DNA of 64,000 bases from Octopus bimaculoides (GCF_001194135.2 NC_068983.1:159733640-159797639); one strand, 5' to 3'; counted from the first letter of the stretch, positions 49,350 through 62,620 are shown. Numbers and translations: made by a program. Notes: generated by a model not told the origin, from the sequence alone.

Positions 49350-51083
49350 CACTCAGAGAGCGCAAACACCCGTCAAGGCAACACCAACGTCCTTATTTAT
49401 CTTATTCAGCAAATGGCTCTTACAGAAAGAGAGGACAGTTCCATGACATACAAAACAATACAATGGGGATACATAAACACACGTATCGTATGAATTTATG
49501 GACACAGTGGAAAATGAGGATGGAATGATTACCTGCCCCCTCCCCATTTGCAGGCAGTTTCCTTTTACTGTTTTTATATAACGTTTTACTAACAGTTCAA
49601 TATTCTCTCTTGAATCTGTTGGTTTTCCCTTTCTTCCCTCTTTATTTATTTTAAATTTACACAAAGTCACTAATTATTCAGTTCTTAAATTTTCTCACTT
49701 ACACTCATTTACATCAAATACTCCACTAAATCTTCGAATCCCACCACCTGTGGCAATTCATCAAAACGATACTGTACCGGTGCCACTTCTAACTTTTCGC
49801 CAAACAATTCCTTCAACCTTTCTCCTCGCTCTCTTTCCAGCAGAAGAGCTTTCAAACCTACATTGATCTCACTGGGTAGCAATTTAATTCTAATTACATT
49901 CTTCATTTTCGCAATCTGTTTTTCTATCTCTACACTTTTTGTGTATTGCATCATATTTCTTAATTGTTTTCCTTTCGGTGTCTCTCTCTGATTTTCTTCA
50001 ACAATCTCTTCTTTTGCTGGTATTTTTATCTCTGTATGTCTCTCATTCTTTGTTGTTATCATTTCTCTTTTATCTTCCTTTTTCTTCTGTACTTTCTCCA
50101 CCGTGCTGGTTGTTGGTAAAGGTCTCTGTTTTTGCTCTACGACTTTGTCACTTACTTTTGTTGGCCTTTCATTTTTTTTCTCTGCTCGTTCGCTTTTCCT
50201 TGTTTCACGCTCTGCATCTCCTCTCCATTTTCTTTCCTTTACTTCCTAGAAATTTTTGGTGGTGAGTCGCGTTACTTTGCTTCCTCCTCACCACTGTGTA
50301 CTGTTCTTCTATACTTTGCTCATCTGCAGTTGAAACATCTTGTTCTTTCTCTATCCCCTCCTCTTCGTTTTTGGAGACACTTAGCTTTCATGTGTCTCCG
50401 TACTCCACATTGATAGCATATGGGAGGTCTTCCATCCACTACAATTCTTAGCTTTGTCTCGTCTGGCAACCCCAATTCCTCTGCAATTTTGTGGAAGTCA
50501 AGTAAACTGATGTGGACCGTCACCTCAAGGCCGTATCCCCAGCAGTTTACCTCCGTTGTTCTTGTGATTTTAAGTATTTTAGTTTCCTCCTCTGTATTAT
50601 AGAGGATGGCTGCCGCCAGCCACGCCTCGTTAGTTTTTAGGGGCACCGTACCAATTCTCACTCTGGTCGCACGTTTGCCACAGTAGGTTGGTAGTAGTAA
50701 CCACTCAGTTGATCTCAAAGGCAAAGTGGAGTGTTCTATCGCTTGTTCACTCGCGATACATACCTCCACTGTGCCGTATTTCTTTCCTCTGGTGTAGTAC
50801 GTAATTAAACTTTTGATTTCTTTCAAGCATTCTTCAACTGCCACCACTGCAGCTATTTCAACTCTTTTTGTAGCAATATACAGTGTTTTGTATCTTACTA
50901 TCCTTTTTTCTGTTTTTTTTCCATAATTTACTTAGGCTGTCTCCTTCCTTTCTTAACAAATTCATTGTACATCTTAAAATTTGTTTCCTTCAGTTGAATT
51001 TCTCTAACTTTCATGACATCTGCCGTTAGACTTTCCCAGTCACTACAGCGTAACTGCCTGCTGGAATTGGTTGACTTTCCATA
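49350..51083 (-). mobile_element. L1/Tx1-type ORF1 (CCHC zinc knuckle) element, no ORF2 seen
   Basis: Frameshifted ORF from ATG at 51083 to stop at 49709. It includes KYGTVEV, LRIVVDGRPPICYQCGVRRHMKAKC (CX2CX4HX4C) and a charged low-complexity tail, followed by about 350 nt of non-coding 3' sequence. Confidence 0.75.
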
Positions 51084-51264
51084 ATGTCGTTATTCACAAC
51101 TTCACTGATAAATGAGTTAGGAAAGAAAGATCCACAGGTAACAATAAATTTAACAATTCAGTAATACAACAATTAGTTGCGGTAGACCTTAAACAGTTTA
51201 AACAACAAGACTCGCATGAAGCGAACACACATCAAATGCAACAGGAAACCAAATGGCTCGACTA

Positions 51265-52330
51265 CAGCACCAACGTCCTAATTTATTTACAAGGCCTCTT
51301 ATAAAGATGGGACAATACAAGGACACACAAAACAATACAGAGTGGTTCACAAAACATAACGGATGAAATTATGAATAAATGATAAATAAGATAAAATGGC
51401 TTACATGCCCCCTCCCCACACAAGCAGGCAGTTCCATTTTATTGTTTTTGTATCACACAGTTCATTATTCATTTTTTTCCCCATCATTTTATGCAAAAAT
51501 CCTTATTCTATAATTTTAAATATCTCACTTACTTTCCTTTATATTAGATATTCCACTATGTTCTCAAATACCACCACCTGTGGCAACTCATTGAATCGAA
51601 ACTGTAACAGTGATATCTCTATTATTTCCTCGAATAGTTCCTACAATTTTTCACCTTTCTCTTTCACAAGCAAGACTGCTTTAAATCCTTCATTGCACGG
51701 TTAGGGCGCTAACTTCACTCTAATTACATTTTTCATTTTCGTGATCTTTTTCTCAATTTCTACATTTTCTCTGTACTGTATCATAGTTCTTAGTCTATGT
51801 ATGTGTACGCATACACTCATTCATTCGTATAAATATATATTCATTTACACACGTACATATATAGGTTGGCGATTGTAAAACGCTAGCCCCCTTCCACAGC
51901 TAAATAATTTTGTCCCTAAAGTTACTCTCTTACCTGCTAATAATACTATCATTGATACATATATTTGTATCAAAATGCAAATTGTACTTTCAGTTCAGCT
52001 TTACTGACTCGCCTCCTCTCATATTTATCGTTATACTTATCCACCCTCCCCTTATTTACCTTGTCATCAACTTCCTCATTCCTCCTTGTCTGCCTCTCGG
52101 CTAGCATCACCCCGCCTTTACTTATGGCACCACTACCTCCCTCTCATTCATTTTCTCCTAGAAAATTTTGTAAATTCTTCTTACCGTCTCATTAGCTTCC
52201 TCTTTCCATCACCTTTCCTCGCGCTATCAGTTTGCTTCCGACTTAGATCTTTGACGCCAGCATCCTCTTATCACTTTCTCGTCTTCGACAACAGTAGAGG
52301 CAAATTCATTCATTTCACAGTTTCTGATAC
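51265..52330 (-). mobile_element. Second, 5'-truncated copy of the ORF1-only element, in tandem
   Basis: 51265-51790 is homologous to 49380-49935 (CACCAACGTCC, TGCCCCCTCCCC, CCACCACCTGTGGCAA). Confidence 0.75.
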
Positions 52331-53329
52331 ATACATTTGCTGATTAAGCTTAGCGGATATTCTCTTTTCTAAAACAGCGGTGGTCATGTTCTGTAGTATG
52401 AACACCCCCTATACACACAAATATTCACGCGCAAACACACACACACACACACACACGTATATCTATATAAATATATATGTACGTATGTGTGCATATATAT
52501 ATATATATATATATANNNNNNNNNNNNNNNNNNNNNNNNNNNNNNNNNNNNNNNNNNNNNNNNNNNNNNNNNNNNNNNNNNNNNNNNNNNNNNNNNNNNN
52601 NNNNNNNNNNNNNNNNNNNNNNNNNNNNNNNNNNNNNNNNNNNNNNNNNNNNNNNNNNNNNNNNNNNNNNNNNNNNNNNNNNNNNNNNNNNNTATATACA
52701 CATATATATATATATATATATACATACATGCATATATATATAATGTCTATGTGTGTGTGTCATTAAGACCAAATGTTTCAGTCTTATCGTTTTTTTTTAT
52801 CAAATGTCTTGTATATTTTGCGGTTGGTTTGGAACAATACATTTCCTACATCTACAACCAACCTTTCTAGATCTTTACGGTAACATCAGATACCAAAAAA
52901 ATATTTTCCTTCTGTTTTGCTTAATTTATAGTAGTGGAGTTAATGTAGTCTTTGTTGCCCAGAAGTATGACTGTTATGCTTCCATGTCATGAGCCACATA
53001 GCTTTTTCTGTATGTATTTGTGTGCTTATGTTAGCATTGTATTGTGATGTGAATATTGTTTCTATGATTAATAGTTTAATTTTGTGGGAAATTTTATATA
53101 GTATGGATAGTTTGCGCAATACATTTTGCTATCTAAAATTTCGACTATATATTTTTGTTAATTTTTACAAGGAAAGGATTGTCAGTTATTTCGAAGTTTT
53201 GGCACCAATCTTTTCCATAAAAAAATTTAATATGTACTGCGCTAAAAAGTATTGAAAGATCCACCAGTTCGATACTAAATTAAGTTCAATATATACTTCA
53301 CATTAAAACAAACATATTTATAAAAATTT

Positions 53330-53491
53330 AATGTGGTGAGCTGGCCGAAACGTTAGTACGCCGAACAAAATGCTTGGCGGATTCGTTCGTCTTTACATTA
53401 TGATTTAAGATTCTGCAGAGGTCGACTTTGCTCTTCATCCTTTTGGGGTCAATGAAATAAGTAGCAGTCGAGTACTGGGCTAATATAATGC
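53330..53491 (+). mobile_element. SINE family A, truncated by a gap
   Basis: GGTGAGCTGGCCGAAACGTTAG..GAGGTCGACTTTGCTCTTCATCCTTTTGGGGTC. Confidence 0.8.
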
Positions 53492-53540
53492 NNNNNNNNN
53501 NNNNNNNNNNNNNNNNNNNNNNNNNNNNNNNNNNNNNNNN

Positions 53541-53586
<46 letters not shown>

Positions 53587-53742
53587 TTGTCTGTGTCTGT
53601 GTCTGTGTCTGTGTGTCCGTGTACGTATGCATGAGTATTTAATGAATTGGTGGTGTTTTCCTGCTTTGATTACATTGTTCAAGACAGTATTAGAATATAG
53701 TTAATATGTTCTATGGCGATCTTAGCTGAAAAGAAACCTCAC

Positions 53743-53787
53743 CTGAAATATCGTGCAACACAAAGTCTTTGACTTTATTAAGTATAT
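53743..53787 (-). CDS. Candidate 45-nt exon (phase 1-1)
   Basis: ttatcag|ATATACTT..TTTCAG|gtgagg. Open frame xILNKVKDFVLHDIS, phase-compatible with exon 44982-45074. Confidence 0.3.
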
Positions 53788-55242
53788 CTGATAATTTAGT
53801 AGCTTTCTTTGTAATGCTGTTGGAATATGGTTTGTTAAGTGTGACAGTGTTATTTATTTATTAAATTTGTAGATTTTTCTTCTAACAGTATTCAAAATTG
53901 ATATCATCTTCCATCCGTAGTTAAATGGTGTCACATTCTCTTTTAAAAGGGTACTATTCTGCTGTCTGAAGTTCTACATCATTTCTTCCTTTTTGTTAAT
54001 TATCTATAGGCAGAACTGCATGAGATATTCTACTTCATATTGGGATGAGTAGGGAAATATCGATAATGGAAGTCATTGCAATTGCAACTACAGTTTTATT
54101 CTGCTTTCAAAAGTTTTCAATTATTCTCTCTTTCACGCTCTATATGTATCAAAATAATGTAGTAGAATAAAATTTATTTCAGGTCATGCGAATTCATATT
54201 TTGTGTACAACCGTGTTCTCAACCTATTTTACATTAGATATTGAATTGATTCGGTATACTTCCCATTGAGAGAACAAAACAATGTGTTTTATGTAGTTGT
54301 ATTTAATATTTCTGTTTCTTTTTATTGTTTAGTTAGGGAAGGAAGTTCTGTAGCCATTATTGATTTGTATTTTTCAAGTATCTCCGAAATTGATGGGAGG
54401 AATGGTAGAGGTATTCCTCCGACAGTAGGACTATCCCGAATGTGAAAGAGCCCTTTCAAGGTGATACGATAATGGCACTTAAGTGATGGGTAGACTTTTT
54501 AAGTTGGACGATAAGTGAAGTCTGCCGCTCACTCATTCAAAACTAAAAAAGCCTAGATAAATAGCGCAAGGCATTTTTGGCTATCATATCTATCTAGTGA
54601 AAAATACTGATAGTATTTTTTATCGACGCTGAAATGATAAAAGAAAGTTTACTTCGACGAAATTTTTGAACTTGAAACACAACGAACGGGTACATATAAC
54701 GCAAAATATTTTACTCCTCTCTCTCTAAGGACTCTGGCAGTTCATCGCTTTTAAATGATATTTTGTAAATTGTCTTTTCTGTGACTCTCAATATCATACA
54801 CGATACATTTATGACACCAAATTAAAGATCGTGAAGAATCCTTGGTGGCTAACTTATCGCTAACTTAGTGAACATATTACCAGCCAAAACAACTTAAAAT
54901 CCGCTTGGTGATAACAATACCATGTTCTTTTCAATTTCAATTTTTGCACTTGAAGTATTAATGTGCTTGCTATCGCTACTATTCAAACCTTAGCTTTTAT
55001 TTCATTAATAATCTATTAATTATTCAACTATTAAAACACACACGTAAACACACAGTGACACATACATACATGTTAATGTTTGTTTTTATGTTCAGTTATA
55101 ATAAAAACAATTTTATTCTTAAACAAGAATATTACTTATAGTGCTTTCGAAGCTTCGGCTTAACTTCCCGTCTTCAGGTTATATATACATATTCCAGTGT
55201 ATATATGTATATATATAGTTTATTTAGAAGCAGCAGAAATAT

Positions 55243-55296
55243 AACAAAAGTTGTTACTCAGAGTTTCAGGTTCCCGTTCGTCGGACAGGTTTTGTT
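55243..55296 (-). ncRNA. Minimal hammerhead-like motif, family 2
   Basis: AACAAAACCTGT-CCGACGA-ACGGGAACCT-GAAA-CTCTGAG-TA-ACAACTTTTGTT. Confidence 0.55.
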
Positions 55297-55439
55297 ATAT
55301 ATATATACAGACATATATGAGTCTATATGCTATCAAATATAATTGTTTCGACGAGAATATATATGCATGTATATATCTAGACACATATGGGTAAATGTAC
55401 GTGTATATGTGTGTATATATGTATTTACATTGTTTATAC

Positions 55440-55473
<34 letters not shown>

Positions 55474-55514
55474 GTATATATATCTATATATATGTGTGTG
55501 TATATATATATATG

Positions 55515-55578
<64 letters not shown>

Positions 55579-57013
55579 CATATGTATGCAATAAATATAT
55601 TTATCCCAAGATAGCTAGCCATTTCCTTTGATAGAATAAAATATTCAAATACGGGAATGGTTTGAAATTATTTTCGAACGATTAATTCAGATCAAAAGAG
55701 AAAATATATGTTCTCTATGATAGTTTCAATAATTTTCGGAAATATAAAGTCTAAATTTGGAATATTTTTTCTTTGTATTTGGGTGTTTTTCTTTCTTTGC
55801 TCCATGAATGGAACTTTTCCGAAAGGAAATAATGAAAATAAATTACAAATATAATTAATTCTGATGTCCTAAATTTAGTAATGCCGTATTTTGAAATTAA
55901 ATTTACATCTGAAATTTCTCCAATTCTTGTTTTACTTATTGGATAAATGTGATATATTTTATTGTTTAAAATGTCAATTTTTATATGCAGCTCACTGTGA
56001 TCCGATGACGCTTTCCAACAACCTTAAGACACCAATTTTGCTTTGCTAACATGACTAAGGCTGTTTATAGATCTAATTTTATTTTTATAGTCAAATCATG
56101 AAGACTATTCCCAATTATAATCTTGCTGAATTTGATATTCTTTGTCTTGCTATATATCATATATTTGTTTCTTGTTGCCGCATAAAAATTTGACCGCGTA
56201 AAAATTTTTTTTATCTGTCAGGGATCATAAGTATATTTTTATGGGGCAGTTTCTAAGAAAATTAAAAAAAAATTTTTGGAATGGATTGTCTGAACAATAC
56301 TACAGTTAAATTTACAACCATGTTTGTTAGTAAACTGAAAACAGAATATAATAAATTTCGATTTGATTACGTATGTGTAACATGTTAGAGAATTCAACAC
56401 ATGCACCAAGACTTTCTTATTTTTAATTCTACGTGATAGAACAAATAAACAAATCTTAAGTTTTCATTTATAAAGATGCATTCATCTTTGCGAGCATTAA
56501 AATGTCAACATTTGTGTGCGTAATATTTGTATACTCTAGCGGCTAATAGTTAAAATCTAATATTATACAGATTATCGAACAAGAATAGCTTATGATGTAC
56601 TTAAACCAGTTTTCATTCACACAGAATACTCTACGTACATAGACGTTTCTCAAATCAATAGTTGCCATTTGTTAGAGACCATAACTCGTATTGTAAAAGT
56701 TGTATCGTCTAGACAAATGTATCCCTTGTAAGATAATACTAAGGATTCAATGAAGAATATCGGATTTGGAATGTAATGAAACCTATTGCATCCTTAATCT
56801 TTAAACGGTGGACACTATCAATTGGTGTTTCAAAATATTTTACCTTGATACGGCCATCATCAAAATAAAACTGAATGCTTTACGGCACCTTTCGATATTG
56901 TGCGAGAGACTGAGAGTGATTGTAGATTTTGTACTTATTTAAAGAGAAAATAAACAAGACAAAATGGCTGATAGTTAGCAAGGTGAGACACACATAAGAA
57001 AGAAGGAAACAAA

Positions 57014-57058
57014 GGACCACTGATGAGGTCACAGAAGTGTGACGAAAGAACTCTGGCC
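57014..57058 (+). ncRNA. Minimal hammerhead-like motif, family 3
   Basis: GGACCA-CTGATGA-G-GTCAC AGAAGT GTGAC-GAAA-GAACTC-TGGCC. Confidence 0.55.
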
Positions 57059-57679
57059 GAAATAAGATTAAGATTAATGTAATATAAAGCTGAAGCAAAT
57101 TAACACCAAATATACAGTGCGTGTGTTTTTATTGGCTAAACTGGCAATATGACAATCCCCAAGTACAACAACATCTGTTTCAACACACGATTTCACATCA
57201 AAAATCTTGCAAAACAAATATGTAAACATAAGAATTACCCTTAAAAAAGATATATATTTATTTATTTATTCTTTTAGCTGTTTGGCACACACATCCATGC
57301 AACTCTTTCCCGCTATTTAAAGGGTAGTGAGCAGGTTCATGGTCCACAATTTGATAATGATATTTCTTAGCAACTGATAAGCTTCTCGTAATCAGAGATA
57401 TGTATCCAATTATCCAAGATGACACCACCGTTTTCAATGTTAATTCGTGAAAGTTACGAACATCATATCTTACATTTTCATCTCATATAAATCGTAAGTC
57501 CCGTGAACCTGAGCAAGACAATCAACTCGATTTATTTAAATTATTCTCATTTAATAACGAATGCTTTTTTCAAGATCATATTTGAGGCTATGAATGTGTA
57601 TACAAAAATGATTTACCGTTAACATTTTATGAGCATATATCAAAGTTAACTTTTAAAATGGAAACTAATTAAAATTCAT

Positions 57680-57922
57680 CCTCCTCTTGTTTGTTGTTAA
57701 CACAACATTTCGGTTGATATACCCTCCAGCCTTCATCAGGTATCTTGGGGGAAATTTTGAACATGGGTTCTCATTCCTAAGGTATTTTCGATTTTATTAT
57801 AATAATAATAATAATAATAATAATAATTATTATTATTATTATTATTATAACGGGCATATGGCGTAGTGGTTAAGAGCATGGGTTACTAATCCCAATATTC
57901 CGGGTTCGATTCCAAGCAGTGA

Positions 57923-57961
<39 letters not shown>

Positions 57962-58135
57962 CAACATCGAAAAATACCTTAGGAATGAGAACCCAGGTTC
58001 GAAATTTCCCCAAGACACTTGATGAAGCCTGGAGGGTATATCAGCCGACACGTTGTGTTAACAACAAACAAGATGAAGACAAATATCCGTCAAATGTAAA
58101 TAATGTACATAATTTCTCATCTCTTAAATGTAGAA
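57680..58135 (+). mobile_element. ORF-less PLE terminal-repeat structure: inverted hammerhead unit, (AAT)n(ATT)n, tRNA-like head, (AAT)n, hammerhead unit
   Basis: 57680-57795 is the reverse complement of about 57965-58080. Head 57852-57924 has a perfect A box (57859-57869) and B box GGTTCGATTCC (57903-57913). Hammerhead motifs lie at 57699-57744 (-) and 58014-58059 (+). Confidence 0.9.
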
Positions 58136-58514
58136 CTGTATTAATTAAAATTCGTTTTAAAAACATTTATCAAAGATAACATTTTATAACAAATATTTAC
58201 TATTAATATATCAAAATATTTACAAAAGCTAATTTCTGGAAAAATTTTCCGCAATATTCAATCAGAATTTGGTTGTTAATTGCATTGATTACTACTCGAT
58301 TATCAATTAATGTTAATTAACAGAGAAAGTAAACAGTATAGATTTTACAACTTTCAATATTTGGTTTCATGTTCATGTTGTTAGCATGTTATCACTCTGG
58401 TTTGGAAAAGTGTAAATAATCTTCATATTTAATCACAATTTCAAATAACTAAATGAAATTCCAAATATTTGTGATGATTTATTCTCCAGAAATTACTTCC
58501 AAAATTTTGGTTTC

Positions 58515-58722
58515 AAATTTTGACACAAGGCCAGCAATTTCCGTGGAGCGGTAAGTCGATTACATTGACCCCAGTGCTCAACTGATACTTATTTTATCGA
58601 TCCCGGAAGGATGTAAGGCAAAGTCGACCTCGGCAAAACTTGAACTCAAATCGTGAAGACGGGTGAAATATCGCCTAGCTTTTTGCCCGGCGCACTAACG
58701 ATTCTGCCAGCTCACCACCTTA
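58515..58722 (-). mobile_element. SINE family A, complete
   Basis: ACACAAGGCC..GCAAAGTCGACCTCGGC..ACGATTCTGCCAGCTCACCACCTTAA. Confidence 0.9.
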
Positions 58723-58761
58723 ATTATTTTCAAAATATTGCCAGAGAAATATTTTACTTAC

Positions 58762-58827
58762 CAACTTGCGCAGAAACAAATCAGCAGAATAGCTCAGTAT
58801 TACAGCGTTCGCTTTTCACCTACTGAT
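58762..58827 (-). other. Candidate non-coding (UTR) exon
   Basis: aatcttgtttag acceptor and TTG|gtaagt donor. All three frames contain stops. Confidence 0.25.
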
Positions 58828-59368
58828 CTAAACAAGATTGATTTTGCAATTCTTTTTTATGCGTACTTTGTAAAATAACTATANNNNNNNNNNNNNNNNN
58901 NNNNNNNNNNNNNNNNNNNNNNNNNNNNNNNNNNNNNNNNNNNNNNNNNNNNNNNNNNNNNNNNNNNNNNNNNNNNNNNNNNNNNNNNNNNNNNNNNNNN
59001 NNNNNNNNNNNNNNNNNNNNNNNNNNNNNNNNNNNNNNNNNNNNNNNNNNNNNNNNNNNNNNNNNNNNNNNNNNNNNNNNNNNNNNNNNNNNNNNNNNNN
59101 NNNNNNNNNNNNNNNNNNNNNNNNNNNNNNNNNNNNNNNNNNNNNNNNNNNNNNNNNNNNNNNNNNNNNNNNNNNNNNNNNNNNNNNNNNNNNNNNNNNN
59201 NNNNNNNNNNNNNNNNNNNNNNNNNNNNNNNNNNNNNNNNNNNNNNNNNNNNNNNNNNNNNNNNNNNNNNNNNNNNNNNNNNNNNNNNNNNNNNNNNNNN
59301 NNNNNNNNNNNNNNNNNNNNNNNNNNNNNNNNNNNNNNNNNNNNNNNNNNNNNNNNNNNNNNNNNNNN

Positions 59369-59434
<66 letters not shown>

Positions 59435-60809
59435 ACACACGCACATATATATTCACAGAGAAGAATTAACATGACAAATCTTTTCGGGGGCATATAGCGT
59501 ATAAATTACAAGTCTTCGTCCCTATTACAGGTCATATTTCGTGGTGAGTCAGTTTAAAGATATTGCCAAGTATAACAGGGAAAGGATCAAGAACACAGAT
59601 TCAATTTCGCCTTCAATGTGAACTTTAATCTTCCTTAGTTAACGAGAAACGAACAATCTGTCTCACCGGATTTCCCTATGGTTCGTTATTCTGCGTTAGA
59701 ATCCTCTCTATCAATAATTGTCCAAAAATAACCTTCAAAATCCAGACAAGGATGTGAATTTTAATTGGAAATGCACATATTTTAATCCGACTTTGGATAG
59801 AAACGTTTCTAAGGTAGGTTCTAATAAATTCTTTGTAGTTCGTGAATCTAGATTAATTATACACAATAACTTAATGTCCTTTTACAATTTCAGTCGTTAA
59901 CGTCCGTAATTTAATATTTATAGCTAGTATAAATTTATATAAATGACTTAATTATAATTGCAATTATTACTTGCCACAAGTACCCTCGTTGAAGTGAAGA
60001 GAACCTTCCGACGCAAATGACATTTTGATTTATCAAATACCATTCAATAATATTTCAGGAGGTAAATGTCATACTAACGTTGTCATAAAGCTATTCATAT
60101 ATGATAGATTAGTATGTGGTCAATTGTTATTATATTAAATAAACTATAGTAATTATTTCATAGAAATTCCTTACTCATATCCAAAATGTTTTATGTTAAC
60201 TGGTAAATGATGTGAAGATATTACATCATCAATCACTTTTCATATTTATCTTGCTAAGTATTAATGTTTTCCGATAATATTTCATTAGCTGTTGAAAGAA
60301 ATGATTTGATATGATGCAATATCTGATGATATAAATTAATAAGTCACATTCAATTCATTTAGTAGCATCTTCGAAATCACTACTCTCCAAGAGCTTCCAA
60401 AAACGCATGGATTGTGGTGATCCTTCAGTGATAATAAAAATATAAATGAAATCATTTTCTATGAGGTTTTTATCAGAATCATTGCCATCTAAATTTGAGA
60501 CAATGCGTGTTAAGTCAGTTATTCCATATTCCATTTCATTGGTAATGTGTAATGTAGAATAATGTTGGCTATGCATGTACACAATATAAAATTTTAAGCA
60601 TTTTTGTGAAATGATTTTTTATGTAAGTAACACGGGGGAAATTATAGATATCTTTAGCTTTAAATTGAAGCTGTTATCTCTTATGAGAATTGTAATTTAT
60701 TTCAAATGTTTTATTGCGTTAAACGGTAATCATTTACAGAAATTAAATTCTTTAATCCTTTTATAATTATGAAGCTGATGTAGAAGTGAAGTGGGAAGTA
60801 ATGTAATCA

Positions 60810-62620
60810 ATTACTCCTGGCTTCGCAAAGAAGATTTACTGAGAGTGATGTCCTCGTCTGTTTCAGGCTTGTTGATGCACGACGAGCCCAAATCAAAATA
60901 AACAGGCATGACTGCAGATGTTGGAGAGGTATGTTCATCCGGGTTGGTTGTAGCTTTTTCTCTATTTTCTCTCGTCTGAAAAGATGGTTTTGTGGTATCT
61001 CTAAAAGAGACGGTTGACCTGAGGACTGTGAGGCACCAAACTTCATGACCAGAGTCAACAACAGATCACTGATGGTGATCAATGTGCAAGCATTGAGGGA
61101 TTTCTTTAGGGTGTCCTTCTACCTCTTCTTTGATATCCTCTTACACGGTGACCAGAAGAAAGTTCGCTACACACTGTGATGTTAGGAAGTCGGCGATCGT
61201 CCATCCTAGTGACTTGTCCTGCCCAGCATAGCTGTACCTTCAGAAGAATTGCTTCGAAGCTGGGATCCATCACCTGCTCTACGACACTGATATTAATAAC
61301 AAAATCACCCCAGTGGATGCCGTACATAATACGAAGGCAGCCATGACGGAATAGCTCAATGCGTTGTAGATGTGCTGATGGATGCCCCATGAATCTGAGC
61401 CGTACAAGAGAGTGGTTATAACATTAGTTACTATACACGAATCTGATCACTTTCTTCAGTTGTTTATTGTTCCAGACTTTGGTACGGTCTACCGAATGCA
61501 CTGTTTGTATTGGCCAGTTATCAGCTTCCTTGCTGATTTTGGCAGCTTGCTAGGTGAACTAGTTCAGTTTCCACGATGAAAATATGAAAATGGTGGTGTT
61601 TTAGTTATGGTGCGGGTTGATGGAGGACTTTTTCTTTCTTTAAAATGACATTTAGGTCAAAGTGCCTGACAGCTTCTGTAAGGCAAGAGTTGATGCGTTG
61701 CAGGACTGTCTCTTTGTGAGCAACAGGGGTAGTATCGTCTATGAAATGTAACTGCTGTATTGGCTGTACCAGCGTTTGCGTGTGAGCTTGTAGCCACCTC
61801 AGATCAAAAAATCTCCCATCAGTATAGTACCGAATGTAGATACCATCTTCAACATGAGGGTCTTCAATGGCTTGCGGGAAAACCATACTGAAGAATATGG
61901 TGGAAAATATCAGCTCGAGGACACAACTTTGCTTCAGCCCGTTGTCAGTGGAAAAGGGTGCAGATAAATCGTTGTTATGCCCGACCTGACTCTGCTGGCT
62001 TTCGTGCCACTGAATGATCATGTTGGGCGAAGTGGATAATGGGAGAAAACCAGTATTTGTCTTAGACCTTTTCTGATTTGGAGTCGAATGCTTAGGTAAG
62101 ACCGAATCGACTAAAATGATTTAAATTCCATAGCACCACTCTCTGCATTTCTCTTGGCGGTATCTGGGAACGAAGACGATGTAGGTAGTCCTCTTATTTG
62201 CTCTGAAGTCGTACTGGGATACTGGGAGGTTTTCATGTGCAATGGTAAGCACAAGGTGATGATGACAGCATTGTAGAAATCCTGTGGTTAGTAGTCCTGC
62301 TACAAACGACAGACATAAATCTCATGGGGTTTAGGAATCCTCCCACACCTGCTGCCTTCCCGCATTTCAGTTGTTCTATGACTTTGGTTGTCTCTCCGAG
62401 GGAGGGAATTTTGTCCAGTTTTGACTTCAAAGTCTGCAGTGGGATACGAAGCACTGTCAAATCTTAGAATGTATGGTTGGTACTGAAGCGTGATTGAAAG
62501 TACTCTGTCCACCGTTATAAGTTGCAGCTCTTGTGTGTGGAAAGTGCCTCTTAGTCTGTACTGCGCAATGAACTCTAGATCTGGTGCAAGAAACCATACA
62601 CAGATTTTAGGGATTCGTAA
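60810..62620 (-). mobile_element. RTE-clade (BovB-like) LINE, 5'-truncated and degenerate
   Basis: LKCGKAAG, NGLKQSCVL, GIYIRYYTDGRFFDL, LHFIDD, LKKEKVLHQPAP, LCWAGQVTRMDDRRLP..SELSSGHR. Confidence 0.9.

Noticed and set aside
55130-55180. Hammerhead-like CUGAAGA..GAAA on the minus strand
   Set aside because: Three extra bases separate the core from stem II, and stem I does not pair convincingly.
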